A stretch of 64,000 bases of DNA from Octopus vulgaris. Its lineage: Eukaryota. Of this stretch, positions 1-15,459 are shown piece by piece. The DNA lies in contig OX597841.1 of NCBI GenBank assembly GCA_951406725.2, positions 16,492,001-16,556,000 on the forward strand, in the 5' to 3' direction. How positions within the stretch are numbered: the first letter of the stretch is position 1; every line of letters begins with the position of its first letter. The notes beneath the pieces were generated by a model. That model ran no database searches. It was not told where the DNA came from and saw nothing but the letters and a program-made list of their open reading frames with translations. A program made the translations under genes and the position numbers.

Positions 1-79
1 CTGTGAAAGGAAAATGTCGCGTAATCATAATTAACTGAACCGACTCTGTTTTCTTTTACTCAAAACTTTTCAGCACCGC

Positions 80-1300
<1,221 letters not shown>

Positions 1301-1346
1301 TATAATGTAAATAGATCGATAGATAAATAGATCGATATATATATAT

Positions 1347-1568
1347 ATTTACTCTTTTACTTGTTTTAGTCATTTGACTGCGGCCATGCTGAAGCACCAC
1401 CTTTAATCGAGCAACTCGACCCCGGGACTTATTCTTTTTGTAAGCCCAGTACTTATTCTATCGGTCTCTTTTTGCCGAACCGCTAAGTGACGGGGACATA
1501 AACACACCAGCATCGGTTGTCAAGCAATGCTAGGGGGACAAAGACTAACACACAAACACACACACATA
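1347..1568 (-). mobile_element. SINE family B, 3' half
   Basis: Matches 3' body and tail of full copies at 13573 and 61006 (gactgcggccatgctg...gccgaaccgctaagtgacgggg). Confidence 0.85.
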
Positions 1569-1574
1569 CATGTA

Positions 1575-1862
1575 TGTTGGTACCAAGCACCCGTCATCTC
1601 ATATCCACACTCATGGCATAGTAGCCAGCGGAGGTTTGGGCTACTTCGTCGTGTCTACGCTTGTACTCTTTCTGTGCAAGGCTTTCACAAGCACTAACAA
1701 TGTAAGTCACGCTTTCGACCCTTTTCCAACACGTTCTGCAGTTATCCATTGTACTTGTCTGGTATGTATTCTTTTCACTGAGTTGGTACACAATGCCTGG
1801 TCCTGGGCAGCAATGATTAGGATTTCAGTATTCTTTTTTAGGTCACCCTTCTGAAGCCACAA
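1575..1862 (-). mobile_element. R4/Dong-like (RLE) LINE ORF fragment, post-RT CCHC region
   Basis: Minus-strand translation (frameshifted) WLQKGDLKKNTEILIIAAQDQAL...CRTCWKRVESVTYIVSACESLAQKEYKRRHDEVA, typical of R4/Dong zinc-knuckle region. Confidence 0.8.
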
Positions 1863-2085
1863 TATTATTTTTTTCTACTCAAAGCACAAGTCCCAAACTT
1901 TTCTGAGGGAAGAGAGCTAGTTGATTAGATCGACCCCAGTACGCAACTGGTACTTAATTTATCGACCCCGAAAGGATGAAAGGTAACGTCGGCCCCGGCG
2001 GAATTTGAACTCAGAACATAAAGACAGACGAAACACCGCTAAGTATTTCGCCCTGCGTGCTAACGTTTCTGCCAGCTCGCGCCTA
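1862..2085 (-). mobile_element. SINE family A, alternative-tail variant
   Basis: Head and central domain match other A copies; 3' tail differs. Confidence 0.8.
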
Positions 2086-2089
2086 GCCA

Positions 2090-2920
2090 CATTATTATTA
2101 TTACTATTATTATTGAGTGAGAGAGCAGTGCATACCATGAAAGTGAGGGTGGCGTAAAATATACGAAGCCTAGTATATCCATCACGACTACCCGACTGAT
2201 AAGGGTAAGCTAAGCACATGCATCAGAAGCATATGTGCGTGACATAGTGATCTCATTGTGATAATAATTATTGTTATTATCACTTCACGCAGTTATTTCC
2301 ATCATCACACCAGCCAGTCGAAAACGAGGCTTTGGAATGATATTTAAATATGGCTGACACCTGATCAGGAAGGTTCACGGCTGAAACAACAAATGATGGA
2401 TCCCACAACCTCGCTCTTAGAAGAGTAAAGCCTATTTACGGCCAAGCATTTCCAGCCCTCTATACTCAACAATTTCCCCAGTTCGATAACTAGAATTACT
2501 TCTTTTATATTAAAATAAACAGTGCATGACCTCGCAGGTGGGGCCCAGTTAGAATTTTGGGCTACTTTATCCTCTCTACTCTTATACTGTTTCTGCGCAA
2601 GACTTTCACAAGCACTAACAATAGCCTATTCTGCTCCAAAGGGCGTTGAATAATGGTTGTTTTAAGATGATGAACGAAGCACCCATGTTTCCAGAGATGA
2701 ATTATGTAAACCCCATATAATCCCTCTCAACACGTCACTATCATGATCTCCCGTTACGCCTGCTCGCGGTCACAATTGCCCATATCATCAACCACTAAAG
2801 GACACGCGCAGATGATTAAGCTCAATCAACTAAGAAACAAATCTGTGATATTTGAGTAGATTATTTGCTGTAGCTCACATTTTTGCCGTAGCGGAATATT
2901 TGCTGTAGCCCATATTTTTA
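2090..2920 (-). mobile_element. Degenerate interspersed repeat with (TAA)n tail, containing a second short R4-like fragment (IVSACESLAQKQYK at ~2560-2622)
   Basis: (TTA)n at 2090-2113 on +; paralogous peptide to the 1575-1862 fragment; boundaries uncertain. Confidence 0.45.
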
Positions 2921-3175
2921 CTGGTGTCATTCTCTTATATGAGATCACTCTCCACTTCGACTGGGTGAAGGTCACATCAGTTTTACCTCTATCAGTCACA
3001 AATTTCAATAATTCTCCAGCTGATGCTTCCGTATTATACTTTCAATGACCACGAGTAATATTTCAACGTGTGTTGATAATTGTCAGTTTAAGGAAAGGAG
3101 GAGATATGTTGCTAAGCAGGCCAGTAACCTCAACACGAAAACTGTCAACTGCAGCACAGATTCACACAAACACAC

Positions 3176-3216
<41 letters not shown>

Positions 3217-3347
3217 CGTGTGAATGTGTGAGCACGTGTGTGTATATGTGCGTGCGCCTATGTTTGTATGTATGTACGAATGAGCGAATGTATATAGGTC
3301 TATGTTAATATTTACGAATCTATATATGCATCCATCTACATAACAGG

Positions 3348-3390
<43 letters not shown>

Positions 3391-3456
3391 TTACGTAACT
3401 ATATTATGTATACACACAGAGACTAAATTATGTGCTCTTCCCCCATCTCTCTCTCT

Positions 3457-3515
<59 letters not shown>

Positions 3516-3613
3516 GATGAGTGTATTTTTACCTTGTTAACAATTAACACGGAAAAATAAATAGATAGTTACCAGGTTAGCTAAAATGTCTTATTGACGA
3601 GCGTCGTTTTTTC

Positions 3614-3699
3614 ACTTTCCTGAAGAGAAGATAGCATTGTTTATACCATTTATTATTTTGAATAGTATCAGTGGAATTTTCGAAACATGTGTCGAAAGT
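3614..3699 (+). ncRNA. Minimal type I hammerhead ribozyme with long stem II
   Basis: Stem I actttc(3614-19)/gaaagt(3694-99); CTGAAGA 3620-26; stem II gaagat/attttc; GAAA 3682-85; short stem III ACAtgTGT; GUC cleavage triplet. Confidence 0.8.
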
Positions 3700-3740
3700 A
3701 AAATATTTGATTTACACCTGCGTTAAACTCCATTTATTTA

Positions 3741-3781
<41 letters not shown>

Positions 3782-5192
3782 GGATAGATTGATAGATAGA
3801 TAGATAGATACATACATACATACATACATACATACATACATACATACATACATGTGGAAAATGTTAAGTTCACTTGCTTTGCAGACAGATAAATATATAT
3901 ATTTGTATATACCCATACACGCTCATAAACCTATATATATATATATACACACACATTTTATGCCTGCATACATGTAAATGTTCGCATGAATGTACATATA
4001 CATTCAGAAAGGCACATATATACATACATACATACATCTCAAGTACACACAAACGCGCGCAGGCGCGCACACACACACACACACACACACATACACAGAC
4101 AGACACACACACACATACACACACACACACATACATATATTCATACCTTGAAACAGTATGGACGGAAATACCCATAGAGAGCCTGCTGATGTTAAATGCA
4201 GTGTTAAATATTTGCTGTATGAACAGGGGTACGAACTATAAGATCTAACGCTTTCTACTTCTGATGGCATTATCACCGTGTGTGCTATTGGGCTATATAA
4301 TCTGGGGTGGCCGAAGTTTATTCCGATTCGGGGCTGGTGGGGGCAGTGGTGTAGTATTAGTAGCAGGAGAAGCTTGTTGAAGGGCACTACTAGTTGTAGA
4401 GTTTAGGGTATATAAGGAGAACTTTTCACTTGATTGATGGTCAGACAGAATCTGATATTGCAGACACAAATTCTATTGTGCCTTTGCTCATTATGTCAAA
4501 TTCATTGTAATTTGCCCTCATCTTAGCTAAATTTCATTCTCTCACCGAATTTGTGTTATCTCCTACCGATGTTTCCCTGCTTTTCTGTCGCCATAATAGC
4601 TCCATAAGGATTGTTGTTGTAGCTAACTTTCGATGCAGATGGGATGACTCTAGAGGAAGGAGTTCGAATTTAAGTTCACATCCATTTGAGGAATTCTTTA
4701 TCTTAGCTATACCATATGTATTTTACTCAGTGCACATTCATATGTGTGTGTGCGTGTGTATGTGTATGTATGTATGTATTATATAAACATGCGCATGAGC
4801 ACAAATGGAAAATCATAGCGAAAGCACAGAACCCATCCTCAGCTACTTAGCTGATATCATTGTAGTTTCGTACACATAAATTTCAGCTGTAGCTACGTTA
4901 AAAGAAATTGCCCAATATATATTATATGAAGACCAGAACCGGATTAGTGACAGCTCTGACAGCTGCTCCAATATTCTGCCATCACTAGACGCATAAGCTT
5001 ATGCATATGAATACAAAAATATATTCGCACTTACAAAGACATATATATATACATATGTATACCTTTAAGACACTCGCGTATATTCATACGAATACAAACA
5101 CATACACAAAAAACTGAACGTACGCAAAGTTTTATATAAACGCATATATATGTATACACACACACTCTCTCTCTCTCACACACACACACGAG

Positions 5193-5296
5193 GTTATAGT
5201 AGAAGACACATGCCCAATGTGCCACACAGTGGGACTGAACCCGGAACCATGTGGCTGGTGAGCGAGCTACTTACCACACAGCCACTCCTGCGCCTG
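5193..5296 (-). mobile_element. SINE family B head fragment
   Basis: Reverse complement of aggcgcaggagtggctgtgtggtaagtagc...ggttcagtccc. Confidence 0.85.
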
Positions 5297-5403
5297 TAAA
5301 GAAAAATAGTCGCCAACATACACAAATACTCTTACACATACATCCAAGTGTGTAAATAACCATACACAGACAACGAAGTACATGCATATATACATACATA
5401 CAT

Positions 5404-5445
<42 letters not shown>

Positions 5446-5789
5446 CTATATATGTATATATACTCACATACGTATATATGTATGTGTGTTAGAGCATGTA
5501 TAAGTTTATGTATATCTCTATATCAAGATATATATGTATGTATATATATGTGTGCAAGTGTGTATATTTAAAAGTTTAAATACATACCGATATGCTGACA
5601 GTCAGTATTATTTACATATATAAACGTGTATACCTATACGTACATACACACACACGTACACACACACGCATACGCATACACACACATATATAAAAATATA
5701 TATATATATACCTGTACATATATATAACTATATATATATAAATTATATTTATACATACATATATACACATACACACACACAGACACACA

Positions 5790-5858
<69 letters not shown>

Positions 5859-6085
5859 ATATATATATACATATATATAGATTCATACACATATATATAT
5901 ACACATACATACACAAACACAAAGAGAGATAGGGGGAGACAAAGTGAGTGAGAGTGTGAGAGATAGACAGATAGGTATATATGATTGCATGTCTGCGTAT
6001 ATATGTATGTAAATATCTATGTATATATATATATATATATATAAATATACATACATATACGTATACATATACGTATACATATACA

Positions 6086-6139
<54 letters not shown>

Positions 6140-6208
6140 TGTGTATGCGTATATATATTCATATATATAAATATATGTGTGTATACACACACACACACAC
6201 ACACACAG

Positions 6209-6245
<37 letters not shown>

Positions 6246-6370
6246 ATATATGCATGTATGTATGTGTGAATAATTGTTTAAAGGAGACTAAATTCGCAGG
6301 CAGATAACGATCAGTAAGTGATGATATATGTGTGTGTATATATATGTATGTATACAGATGTTTGTATGTA

Positions 6371-6428
<58 letters not shown>

Positions 6429-6698
6429 CATATGCGTGTTTGTGCATGCGATAGTCAGTGTATGTATATGTATATGTGTGTGTGTGTGTATGTGGATGGC
6501 AGTGTGTGTGTATGTGTGTGCGTATGCATATATATAAATGGCCACTGAAGCGCACACACATATATACACACACACATTGAAAAAAACCAAATCTGCACTA
6601 AATATACCTATCAAGTCCGTGCGCATATCTCATACCTATACACGTATATGCACCTATGCGCGTGCGTACAAATGCATGTGTGTACACATATATACATG

Positions 6699-6744
<46 letters not shown>

Positions 6745-6858
6745 ATCACATGTATATACATACACATATGCACACACACACAAATATATATGTGTGTGTG
6801 TATGTATATATGTGAATTGATATATATATATATATATATATATATGGGTATGTATATG

Positions 6859-6889
<31 letters not shown>

Positions 6890-6972
6890 GGGTATGTATA
6901 TGTATGTATATATATATATATATATATATGGGTATGTATATGTATATATATATATATATATATATGGGTATG

Positions 6973-7032
<60 letters not shown>

Positions 7033-7168
7033 TTAATATATATATTAATATACACATGTCATTTCAATAATTCAATATAGATTTTACCAATCTAAAATAC
7101 ATATCTACATATATATATATACACATATATATACACAAACATATACCTACATTACATATATATACATA

Positions 7169-7236
<68 letters not shown>

Positions 7237-7550
7237 TGCATGTATGTATGTATGTATGTATATCTTTGAAATCTATATAAATTGTATACTTATCTCTGCA
7301 GGAAAAATAATTTGTCATTTTGACTGCTCGGCAGCCAAAATTATTGTAACTAAATAGAAATCGACGTTTTACCGTTGACAGTTATTCTAGACACACATAC
7401 TCTATGATGTGTTGCATAATTTTAGATGTTCTACTTAGCGACGAATCGGCGCAGTCGCCATTGCCTCTATGCCGTCGCCATTTGTACAACGCCGCTATCT
7501 CACGCCTTCGTTGAATGTCTTCCGGATATTCACTCGTATCGATATTTGAA

Positions 7551-7608
<58 letters not shown>

Positions 7609-7783
7609 TGTGTATGGTTGTGTGTGCATACATACATACATACAGGCGTGTTGGTGTATATTTGTGTTTGTGTATATATATATATATGTAAGGAGAGAGT
7701 TGGAGAGTGATAGTGTGAGATAACCAGATTAGAAATTAATATATAACTATACATAATATATATATATATATACATACATATAC

Positions 7784-7814
<31 letters not shown>

Positions 7815-7818
7815 TATG

Positions 7819-7861
<43 letters not shown>

Positions 7862-7930
7862 TATATGTATATATAAAAACACGTACATAAATATATAGAG
7901 AGATAGAGAGACGTGTGTGTATGTGTATGA

Positions 7931-7961
<31 letters not shown>

Positions 7962-8032
7962 TATCTATCTATCTCTCTATATATATATTCGTATATATAT
8001 GTATATATATATTTATGTATATAATATATATA

Positions 8033-8077
<45 letters not shown>

Positions 8078-8125
8078 TACATAAAGGGAGAATGCCGTAC
8101 TAAATTCTTGTACCTCAACTTAAGT

Positions 8126-8188
<63 letters not shown>

Positions 8189-8475
8189 CCGAGAACTGGG
8201 GAAAGTGACAAAGTAATCTTTAGATCTTGGAAAGTTAGGAGAACCCGAATACTAAAGACACAGAAATATAAAGAAGCAACTGAAAACAGAACTATATATG
8301 TGTCTGTGCATGTGTGTGTATGTACGTGTGCATGTGTGAGTGTGTGCGTGTGTGTTTGTTTCTGTGTGTATGTGCACATGTGTGTGAATGCGCGCGTGTG
8401 TATGTGTATGCGTGTGTGCGCCTATGTCTGTGTGAGTGTGTGTCTGAAAAGTAAAGGTGTCTATTTACTTCCTGC

Positions 8476-8788
8476 GTGGAGGCACATGGCCCAGTGGTTA
8501 GAGCAGCGGACTCGCGGTCGAGGGATCGCGGGTTCAAATCTCAGACAGGGCGGTGTGTGTGTTTATGAGCGAAACACCTGAACTCCACGCAGCTCCGGCA
8601 GAAAGTAATAATGGCGAACTTCTGCTGACTCTTTCGCTACAATTTTCTCTCACTCTTTCCTCCTACATCTTGCAGCTCACCTGCGACGGGGCCGGCCTCC
8701 CGTCCATGTGGGGAACCTATACGCCAAGGAGACCGGGAAATCGACCCTTATGAGCCAGGCGTGGCTCGAGAAGGATCAAACAGCAAGC
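8476..8788 (+). mobile_element. SINE family C, variant with V-domain-like 3' body
   Basis: tRNA-like head with A box (tggcccagtgg) and B box (ggttcaaatc); 13-bp TSD atttacttcctgc at 8463-8475 and 8789-8801; cctgcgacggggccggcctcccgtcc resembles the V-SINE core. Confidence 0.85.
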
Positions 8789-8814
8789 ATTTACTTCCTG
8801 CATGTCCGTGTATA

Positions 8815-9207
8815 TACTCTTTTACTCTTTTACTTGTTTCAGTCATTTAACTGCAGCCATGCTGGAGCACCGCCTTCTAGTCGAGTTAAATGGACCCCAG
8901 GACTTATTCTTTGTAATTTTAGTACTTATCCTATCAGTCTCTTTTGCTGAACCGCTAAGTGACGGGACGTAAATACACCAGCATCGGTTGAAAAGCAGTG
9001 GTGGTGGAACAAACACAGACACATATACATACATACATACATATATATATACATATATACGACGGGCTTCTTCCAGTTTCCGTCTACCAAATCCACTCAC
9101 AAGGCTTTGGTCGGCCCGAGGCTATAGTAGAAGACACTTGCCCAAGGTGCCACGCAGTGGGAATGAACCCGGAACCATGTGGTTGGTAAGCAAGCTACTT
9201 ACCACAC
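8815..9207 (-). mobile_element. SINE family B, near full length
   Basis: Head, CORE-like ccttgggcaagtgtcttct, internal microsatellite, (AGTAAAAG) tail. Confidence 0.9.
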
Positions 9208-10030
9208 ATATACATTCTCGTCATGTACCATAAGTTTTTGCAGTCCGTTGTTGACTCGACAGTGAAAGGTCCTCAGAATTAAATGTTCTCCCATCGGACG
9301 AAGCCGTAGCTTTACTTCGATTCCTTACAGAGTTATTGGAGTCGTTTGGAATTACTTTCTTTGACTTGATGGCCGTTAGTTGAAAGGGAGCTTACCGGCG
9401 CTTCGACAGGTCTTGTTTTTTGTCTTCCCGGTTGTCCAGTCTAACTCTTCACAAGAGCTGCAAGTTACTAAAGCGGGGAACCATCTTATGCGCCAACCTC
9501 TCGACCATGGAACAGGACGGACGTACTGTTTTATATGGTATCAGTAGCAGGGCTGATCAGTCTATGAAGAGATCATTGACTTAACTACAACAAACCCACT
9601 GGCGGTAGGAAAACCTGTAATTGTCGAATCTATTAACTCCGTCCATTAAATAGAGGTTGCTTTCTCTATCGGTTTGAATATATGTGTCTGGTCACAACAC
9701 CACTTTCCCACCAGGGCAGGGTTTACATGGAGTGTAGGACTGACTTCAAATGACGCTCCCTAGCACACCTGAGCTCTATCTAAAATAAAATCTCTAAACC
9801 TATATACATTGCCTCGAACTTGGGAGAATACGTGTCCGGATGCATACCCTGTCACTAGTGGGTTAATGCGACAATTCGGACGATCATTTAGTTGTAAAAT
9901 TGGGCCATATCGGCCTAAGGCAGCGGAAAAGCGACCGTGATACGTATGTGCAGATGTTTCTCTACGTGTGTTCGTGTTTGTGTATGTGCGTGCGTGCATG
10001 TGAGTGAATGAGTGTGTGTTCATATCTATA

Positions 10031-10101
<71 letters not shown>

Positions 10102-10324
10102 ATGTATATATATATATAATGCACACATGTAAACGTATATATGGATATTCGTATGTGTATATGTGTGTGTATATACATACATTTTAAGTTTGTGCGGCTA
10201 TATATATGCGTATGCATTTATGCATGTATCTCTGTATAAAATATGTACGTCTATATACATATATACATACACACGCACGCACCCAGACACACACACATAT
10301 GTATACACATACACGTATATACGC

Positions 10325-10380
<56 letters not shown>

Positions 10381-10382
<2 letters not shown>

Positions 10383-10510
10383 CGGTTCGGCAAAAAGAGA
10401 CCGATAGAATAAGTACTGGGCTTACAAAGAATAAGTCTTGGGGTTGATTTGCTCGACTAAAGGCGGTGCTCCAGCATGGCCGCAGTCAAATGACTGAAAC
10501 AAGTAAAATA
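10381..10510 (+). mobile_element. SINE family B 3' fragment
   Basis: agcggttcggcaaaaagagaccgatagaataagtactggg...gaaacaagtaaaa. Confidence 0.85.
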
Positions 10511-10549
10511 AAAATAAAAATATATATATATATACATAAATATATATAT

Positions 10550-10605
<56 letters not shown>

Positions 10606-10652
10606 CGTGTATATATATATAATACGTGTATACAAGTAAAATAAAAATAAAA

Positions 10653-10746
<94 letters not shown>

Positions 10747-10883
10747 CGTGTATATATGTATATTCATATATGTATGTATATATGTATTACTTATGAACAT
10801 TTGAGTTTATACGTCTGTATATGCGTAAGCGTGTGTGTCTTTGAATAAAATATGTGTTTACATATATACATAGATGTATATCA

Positions 10884-10926
<43 letters not shown>

Positions 10927-11544
10927 CTCTCACTACGTTTGTATGTGTATACATACGTATGTATGTGTGTGTGTATATATATATATATACACATATATAC
11001 ATAAACACGCAAAAAGCAAGCACTGAAACAGAGAAGTCACCCCCCCCCCCCCCACATATATGCATATGTAAGTATGTATGCATGCATCTATGTCGGCGAT
11101 GATTTATGTGTGTGGATTGGGGAGCGAGGAGAATGAAATGGCGGAAGCGGACGAGTGAATAAATGGAAGTGAAAGCTCATTCTAATTTGCAGTCTTCCTG
11201 ATTAGAAAATTGAGGCAACGCCATTAGTAATTAGGTCTGTATATATATATATATATATATATATGCATATATATATATATATGTGTGCATATATGTATAT
11301 ATATACACATATATATATGTATGTATTTGTATATGTATGTATATGTATATATATATGTATATATGTATATGTATATATATATGTATATGTATATATATGT
11401 ATATATATGTATATATATGAATATGTATATATATATATATGTGTATATATATATGTATATGTATGTATATGTATATGTATATATATGTATGTGTATGTAT
11501 ATATATATATGTGTATATGTATATATATATATATATATGTGTGT

Positions 11545-11575
<31 letters not shown>

Positions 11576-11760
11576 TATGTATATATATATGTGTGTATGT
11601 ATATATATATATGTGTATGTATATATATATATATATGTGTATATATTTATGTACGTATATATGTATGTATGTGTGTGTGTATATGTATATATGTATGTGC
11701 GTATGGATGTATGGATTTATGTATATTTTCGTGCGTGAATGTGTATTTGTGTAAGTGCTC

Positions 11761-11828
<68 letters not shown>

Positions 11829-11947
11829 GGGTGAGTGTGTGCTTATTTGTTGTTCCCTTTCTGATTGGTTTTTTTTTCTCTCCATGTGAATCTGTTTTAA
11901 AATTTCTCTGTCAGTCTCGATGTGTTTCTAGGTTTTTATAACCATAT

Positions 11948-12178
11948 CTATTTCTTTACAACCCACAAGGGGATAAACATAGAGGGGACAAACAAGGACA
12001 GACAAACTGATTAAGTCGATTATATCGACCCAGTGCGAAACTGGTACTTTATTTATCGACCCCGAGAGGATGAAAGGCAAAGTCGACCTCGGCGGAATTT
12101 GAACTCAGAACGTAACGACAGACGAAATACGGCTAAGCATTTCGCCCGGCGCGCTAACGTTTCTGCCAGCTCGCCGCC
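11948..12178 (-). mobile_element. SINE family A, full length (Meta-domain-like core)
   Basis: tRNA-like head ggcggcgagctggcagaa...gagttcaaattcc; core gcctttcatcct..cggggtcgataaa..aagtaccag; short TSD-like catatct. Confidence 0.9.
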
Positions 12179-12377
12179 ATATCTGAAACATGTCTGTCTG
12201 TTTGTCTGCATGCATGCACTCATGTATATATGTATGTATGTATACATGCATGCGTGTAAGTATTTAAGTATGTATGCATTATGTATGTATGTATGTATGT
12301 ATGTATGTATGTATGTATGTATGTATGTATGTATCTATCTATCTATTTATCTATATATCTATCTACTTATCTATTTA

Positions 12378-12730
12378 TCTGTCCGTCTGTCTTTCTGTCC
12401 GTCTGTCTTTCTGTCCGTCTGTCTTTCTGTCCGTCTGTCTTTCTGTCCGTCTGTCTTTCTGTCCGTCTGTCTTTCTGTCCGTCTGTCTTTGTCTATCTCT
12501 CTGTCTTTCTGTCCGTCTGTCTTTCTGTCCGTCTGTCTTTCTGTCCGTCTGTCTTTCTGTCCGTCTGTCTTTCTGTCCGTCTGTCTTTCTGTCCGTCTGT
12601 CTTTCTGTCCGTCTGTCTTTGTCCGTCTCTCTGTCTTTCTGTCCGTCTGTCTTTCTGTCCGTCTGTCTTTCTGTCCGTCTCTCTGTCTTTCTGTCCGTCT
12701 GTCTTTGTCCGTCTCTCTGTCTTTCTGTCT
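12378..12730. repeat. 16-bp minisatellite (ctgtccgtctgtcttt)n
   Basis: About 20 near-identical tandem units. Confidence 0.95.
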
Positions 12731-13572
12731 GTCTGTCTATCTATCGATCTATCTATCTGTGTCTGTCTGATTATCTATATGTCTGTCTGTGTGTCTGTCT
12801 GTCTGTGTGTCTGTCAGTCTGTCTGTCTGTCTGTGTGTCTGTCTGCCTGCCTGTCTGTCTGTGTGTCTGTCTGTCTGTGCGTCTGCCTGCCTGCCTGCCT
12901 GCCTGGTTGTCTCTCTCTGTCTTTCTGTCTGTTTGTCTAACGCACTCTACGTTCTGTATGTATGTATGTGTTTATGTATGAATGTATGTATGTATGTATG
13001 TGTGTGTGTGTGTGTACATGTATGTGTGTTTTATGCGTGTATATATGTATGTATTTGTGTGTGTTTGTGTTTGCCCCTAATCACCGCTTGACAATCTGTG
13101 TTTGATGGTTAACGTCACCATAATATAGCGGTTCGGCAAAAGGGGTCCAACAGAATAGATACCAGACTTAAAAATTTTTTTTAAATATATATTAAAGGCA
13201 ATTTGGAGGATCGTTGCCGAACAATTGACGAACTTTATGATATGACTGGTATGTCCAGGATCTCCTGCCAACGAATTTTGAGCGAGGAATCGCGAACGAT
13301 AAGTGTTGCAGCAAAACTTGTGCCTCGCTTGCTCAAGGAAGCTCAAAAACAGCCACGGCCAAATGCGTGTCTTGAACTGAAAGAATTGGTTGAAGATGAT
13401 CCAGACTTTTATTGGAGGGTCATCATGGGTGACGAAACCTGGGGCTAGGGCTACGAGACGGAAGCGATGCAGCAGTCGAGCCAATGGAGGCATCCAATGT
13501 TAACAGAGCATCAAGTGAAGTCCAATGTCAAGATGATGCTGGTTCGTTTTATCGATGCGAAAGAAAATGTCC

Positions 13573-13966
13573 AGGCGCAGGAGTGGCTGTGTGGTAAGTA
13601 GCTTGTTTACTAACCACATGGTTCCGGGTTCAGTCCCACTGCGTGGAACCTTGGCCAAGTGTCTTCTACTATAGCCTCGGGCCGACCAAAGCCTTGTGAG
13701 TGAATTTGGTAGACGGAAACTGAAAGAAGCCCGTCGTATATATACATACATATATATATATATGCATTTGTGTATCTGTGTTTGTCCCCCTAGCATTGCT
13801 TGACAACCGATGCTGGTGTGTTTATGTCCCCGTTACCTAGCGGTTCGGCAAAAGAGACCGATAGAATAAGGACTGGGCTTACAAAAAGAATAAGTCCTGG
13901 GGTCGATTTACTCGATTAAAAGGCAGTGCTCCAGCATGACCGCAGTCAATGACTGAAGCAAGTAAA
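13573..13966 (+). mobile_element. SINE family B, full length, inserted in mariner
   Basis: Complete head-to-tail match to other B copies. Confidence 0.92.
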
Positions 13967-14171
13967 CACATTATTTGTAATTCTTAGTCAAATTGTTAAG
14001 CAGACATTTTACATGGCGGTTTTGAAGCGTTTGCGAGGCACGGCGGGGCGAAAACGCCCCCTACCAGTGGCACAGTGGAGAGTGGTGGTTTCATCGCGAT
14101 AATACACCTTCGCACACCACCTTGAATGTTTCAGAAGTTTTTGACCAAAATTTTCCTCCATCTTGCTTGAA

Positions 14172-14583
14172 GGCGGCGAGCTGGCAGAAAGGGTAGCACG
14201 CCGGGCGAAATGCAAAGCTGTACTTCGTCTGCCGTTACGTTCTGAGTTCAAATTCCGCCGAGGTCGACTTTGCCTTTCATCCTTTCGGGGTCGATAAATT
14301 AAGTGCCTATTTCTTTACTATCCACAAGGGGCTAAACACAGAGAGGACAAACAAGGACAGACAAACGGATTAAGTCGATTATATCGACCCCAGTGCGTAA
14401 CTGGTACTTAATTTATCGAAAGGATGAAAGGCAAAGTCGACCTCGGCGGAATTTGAACTCAGAACGTAACCGCAGACGAAATACTGCTACGCATTTCGCC
14501 CGGCGTGCTAACGATTCTGCCAGCTCGCCGCCTTAAGTACCAGTTACGCACTGGGGTCGATGTAATCGACTTAATCCCTTTGT
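14172..14583. mobile_element. SINE A (+) with an antisense SINE A (14306-14532) nested at ttaagt
   Basis: Host copy splits at ...gataaattaagt | ttaagtaccag...; ttaagt duplicated. Confidence 0.88.
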
Positions 14584-14812
14584 TTTGTTCCCCCGAATGA
14601 AAGAAAGTCCTTAAAGGGAAAAGGTTTCACAGATGGAGAAGAGGTGAAGAAAGACACAACAGAGCCTCAGGACTGCTTCCAACAGTGGAAAACGCGCCTG
14701 GACCAATGGAGAGTACTTGGAAGGCGATCAAAGAATAAAGATGTATAAAGCTAAGTGAATAAAAGGATTTTGCAAAATTTAGGTTTCCTTTGGATGGTCC
14801 CGCGTATATATA

Positions 14813-15458
14813 TTATTTCTTTATTGCCCACAAGGGGCTAAACATATAGGGGACAAACAAGGACAGACAAAGGGATTAAGTCGATTACATCGACCCCAGT
14901 GCGTAACTGGTACTTAAGGCGGTGAGCTGGCAGAAACGTTAGCACGCCGGGCGAAATGCGTGGCAGTATTTCGTCTGTCGTTACGTTGTGAGTTCAAATT
15001 CCGCCGAGGTCGACTTTGCCTTTCATCCTTTCGTGGTCGATAAATTAAGTACCAGTTACGCACTGGGGTCGATATAATCGACTTAATCCCTTTGTCTGTC
15101 CTTCTTTGTCCCCTCTATGTTTAGCCCCTTGTGGGCAGTAAAGAAATAGGTATTTCGTCTGCCGTTACGTTCTGAGTTCAAATTCCGCCGAGGTCGACTT
15201 TGCCTTTCATCCTTTCGGGGTCGATAAATAAAGTACCAGCTCCGCACTGGGGTCGATATAATCGACTTAATCCGTTTGTCTGTCCTTGTTTGTCCTCTCT
15301 GTGTTTAGCCCCTTGTGGGTAGTAAAGAAATAGGTACTTAATTTATCGACCCCGAAAGTATGGAAGGCAAAGTCGGAATTTGAACTCAGAACGTAACGGG
15401 AGACGAAATACGGCTACGCATTTCGCCCGGCGTGCTAACGTTTGCCAGCTCGCCGCCT
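14813..15458. mobile_element. SINE A (-) with a + strand SINE A dimer (14918-15332) nested at ggtactta
   Basis: Host copy splits at ...ctggtactta | ggtacttaatttatcg...; inserted unit is a full copy plus a head-truncated copy. Confidence 0.88.
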
Positions 15459-15459
15459 T

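Larger units (their letters stand above)
13195..14806 (+). mobile_element. Degenerate mariner transposon interrupted by SINE B and nested SINE A copies
   Basis: Peptides AAKLVPRLL...FYWRVIMGDETW, FYMAVLKRLR..RKRP..WWFHRDN, LFPRMK..LKGK.F..QDCFQQWKTR..GEYLEG; TIR-like end tttggatggtcccgcgTA. Confidence 0.85.

Noticed and set aside
4250-4720. Possible decayed Penelope endonuclease on - strand (NLCL…EK…LN)
   Set aside because: Too degenerate to support by eye
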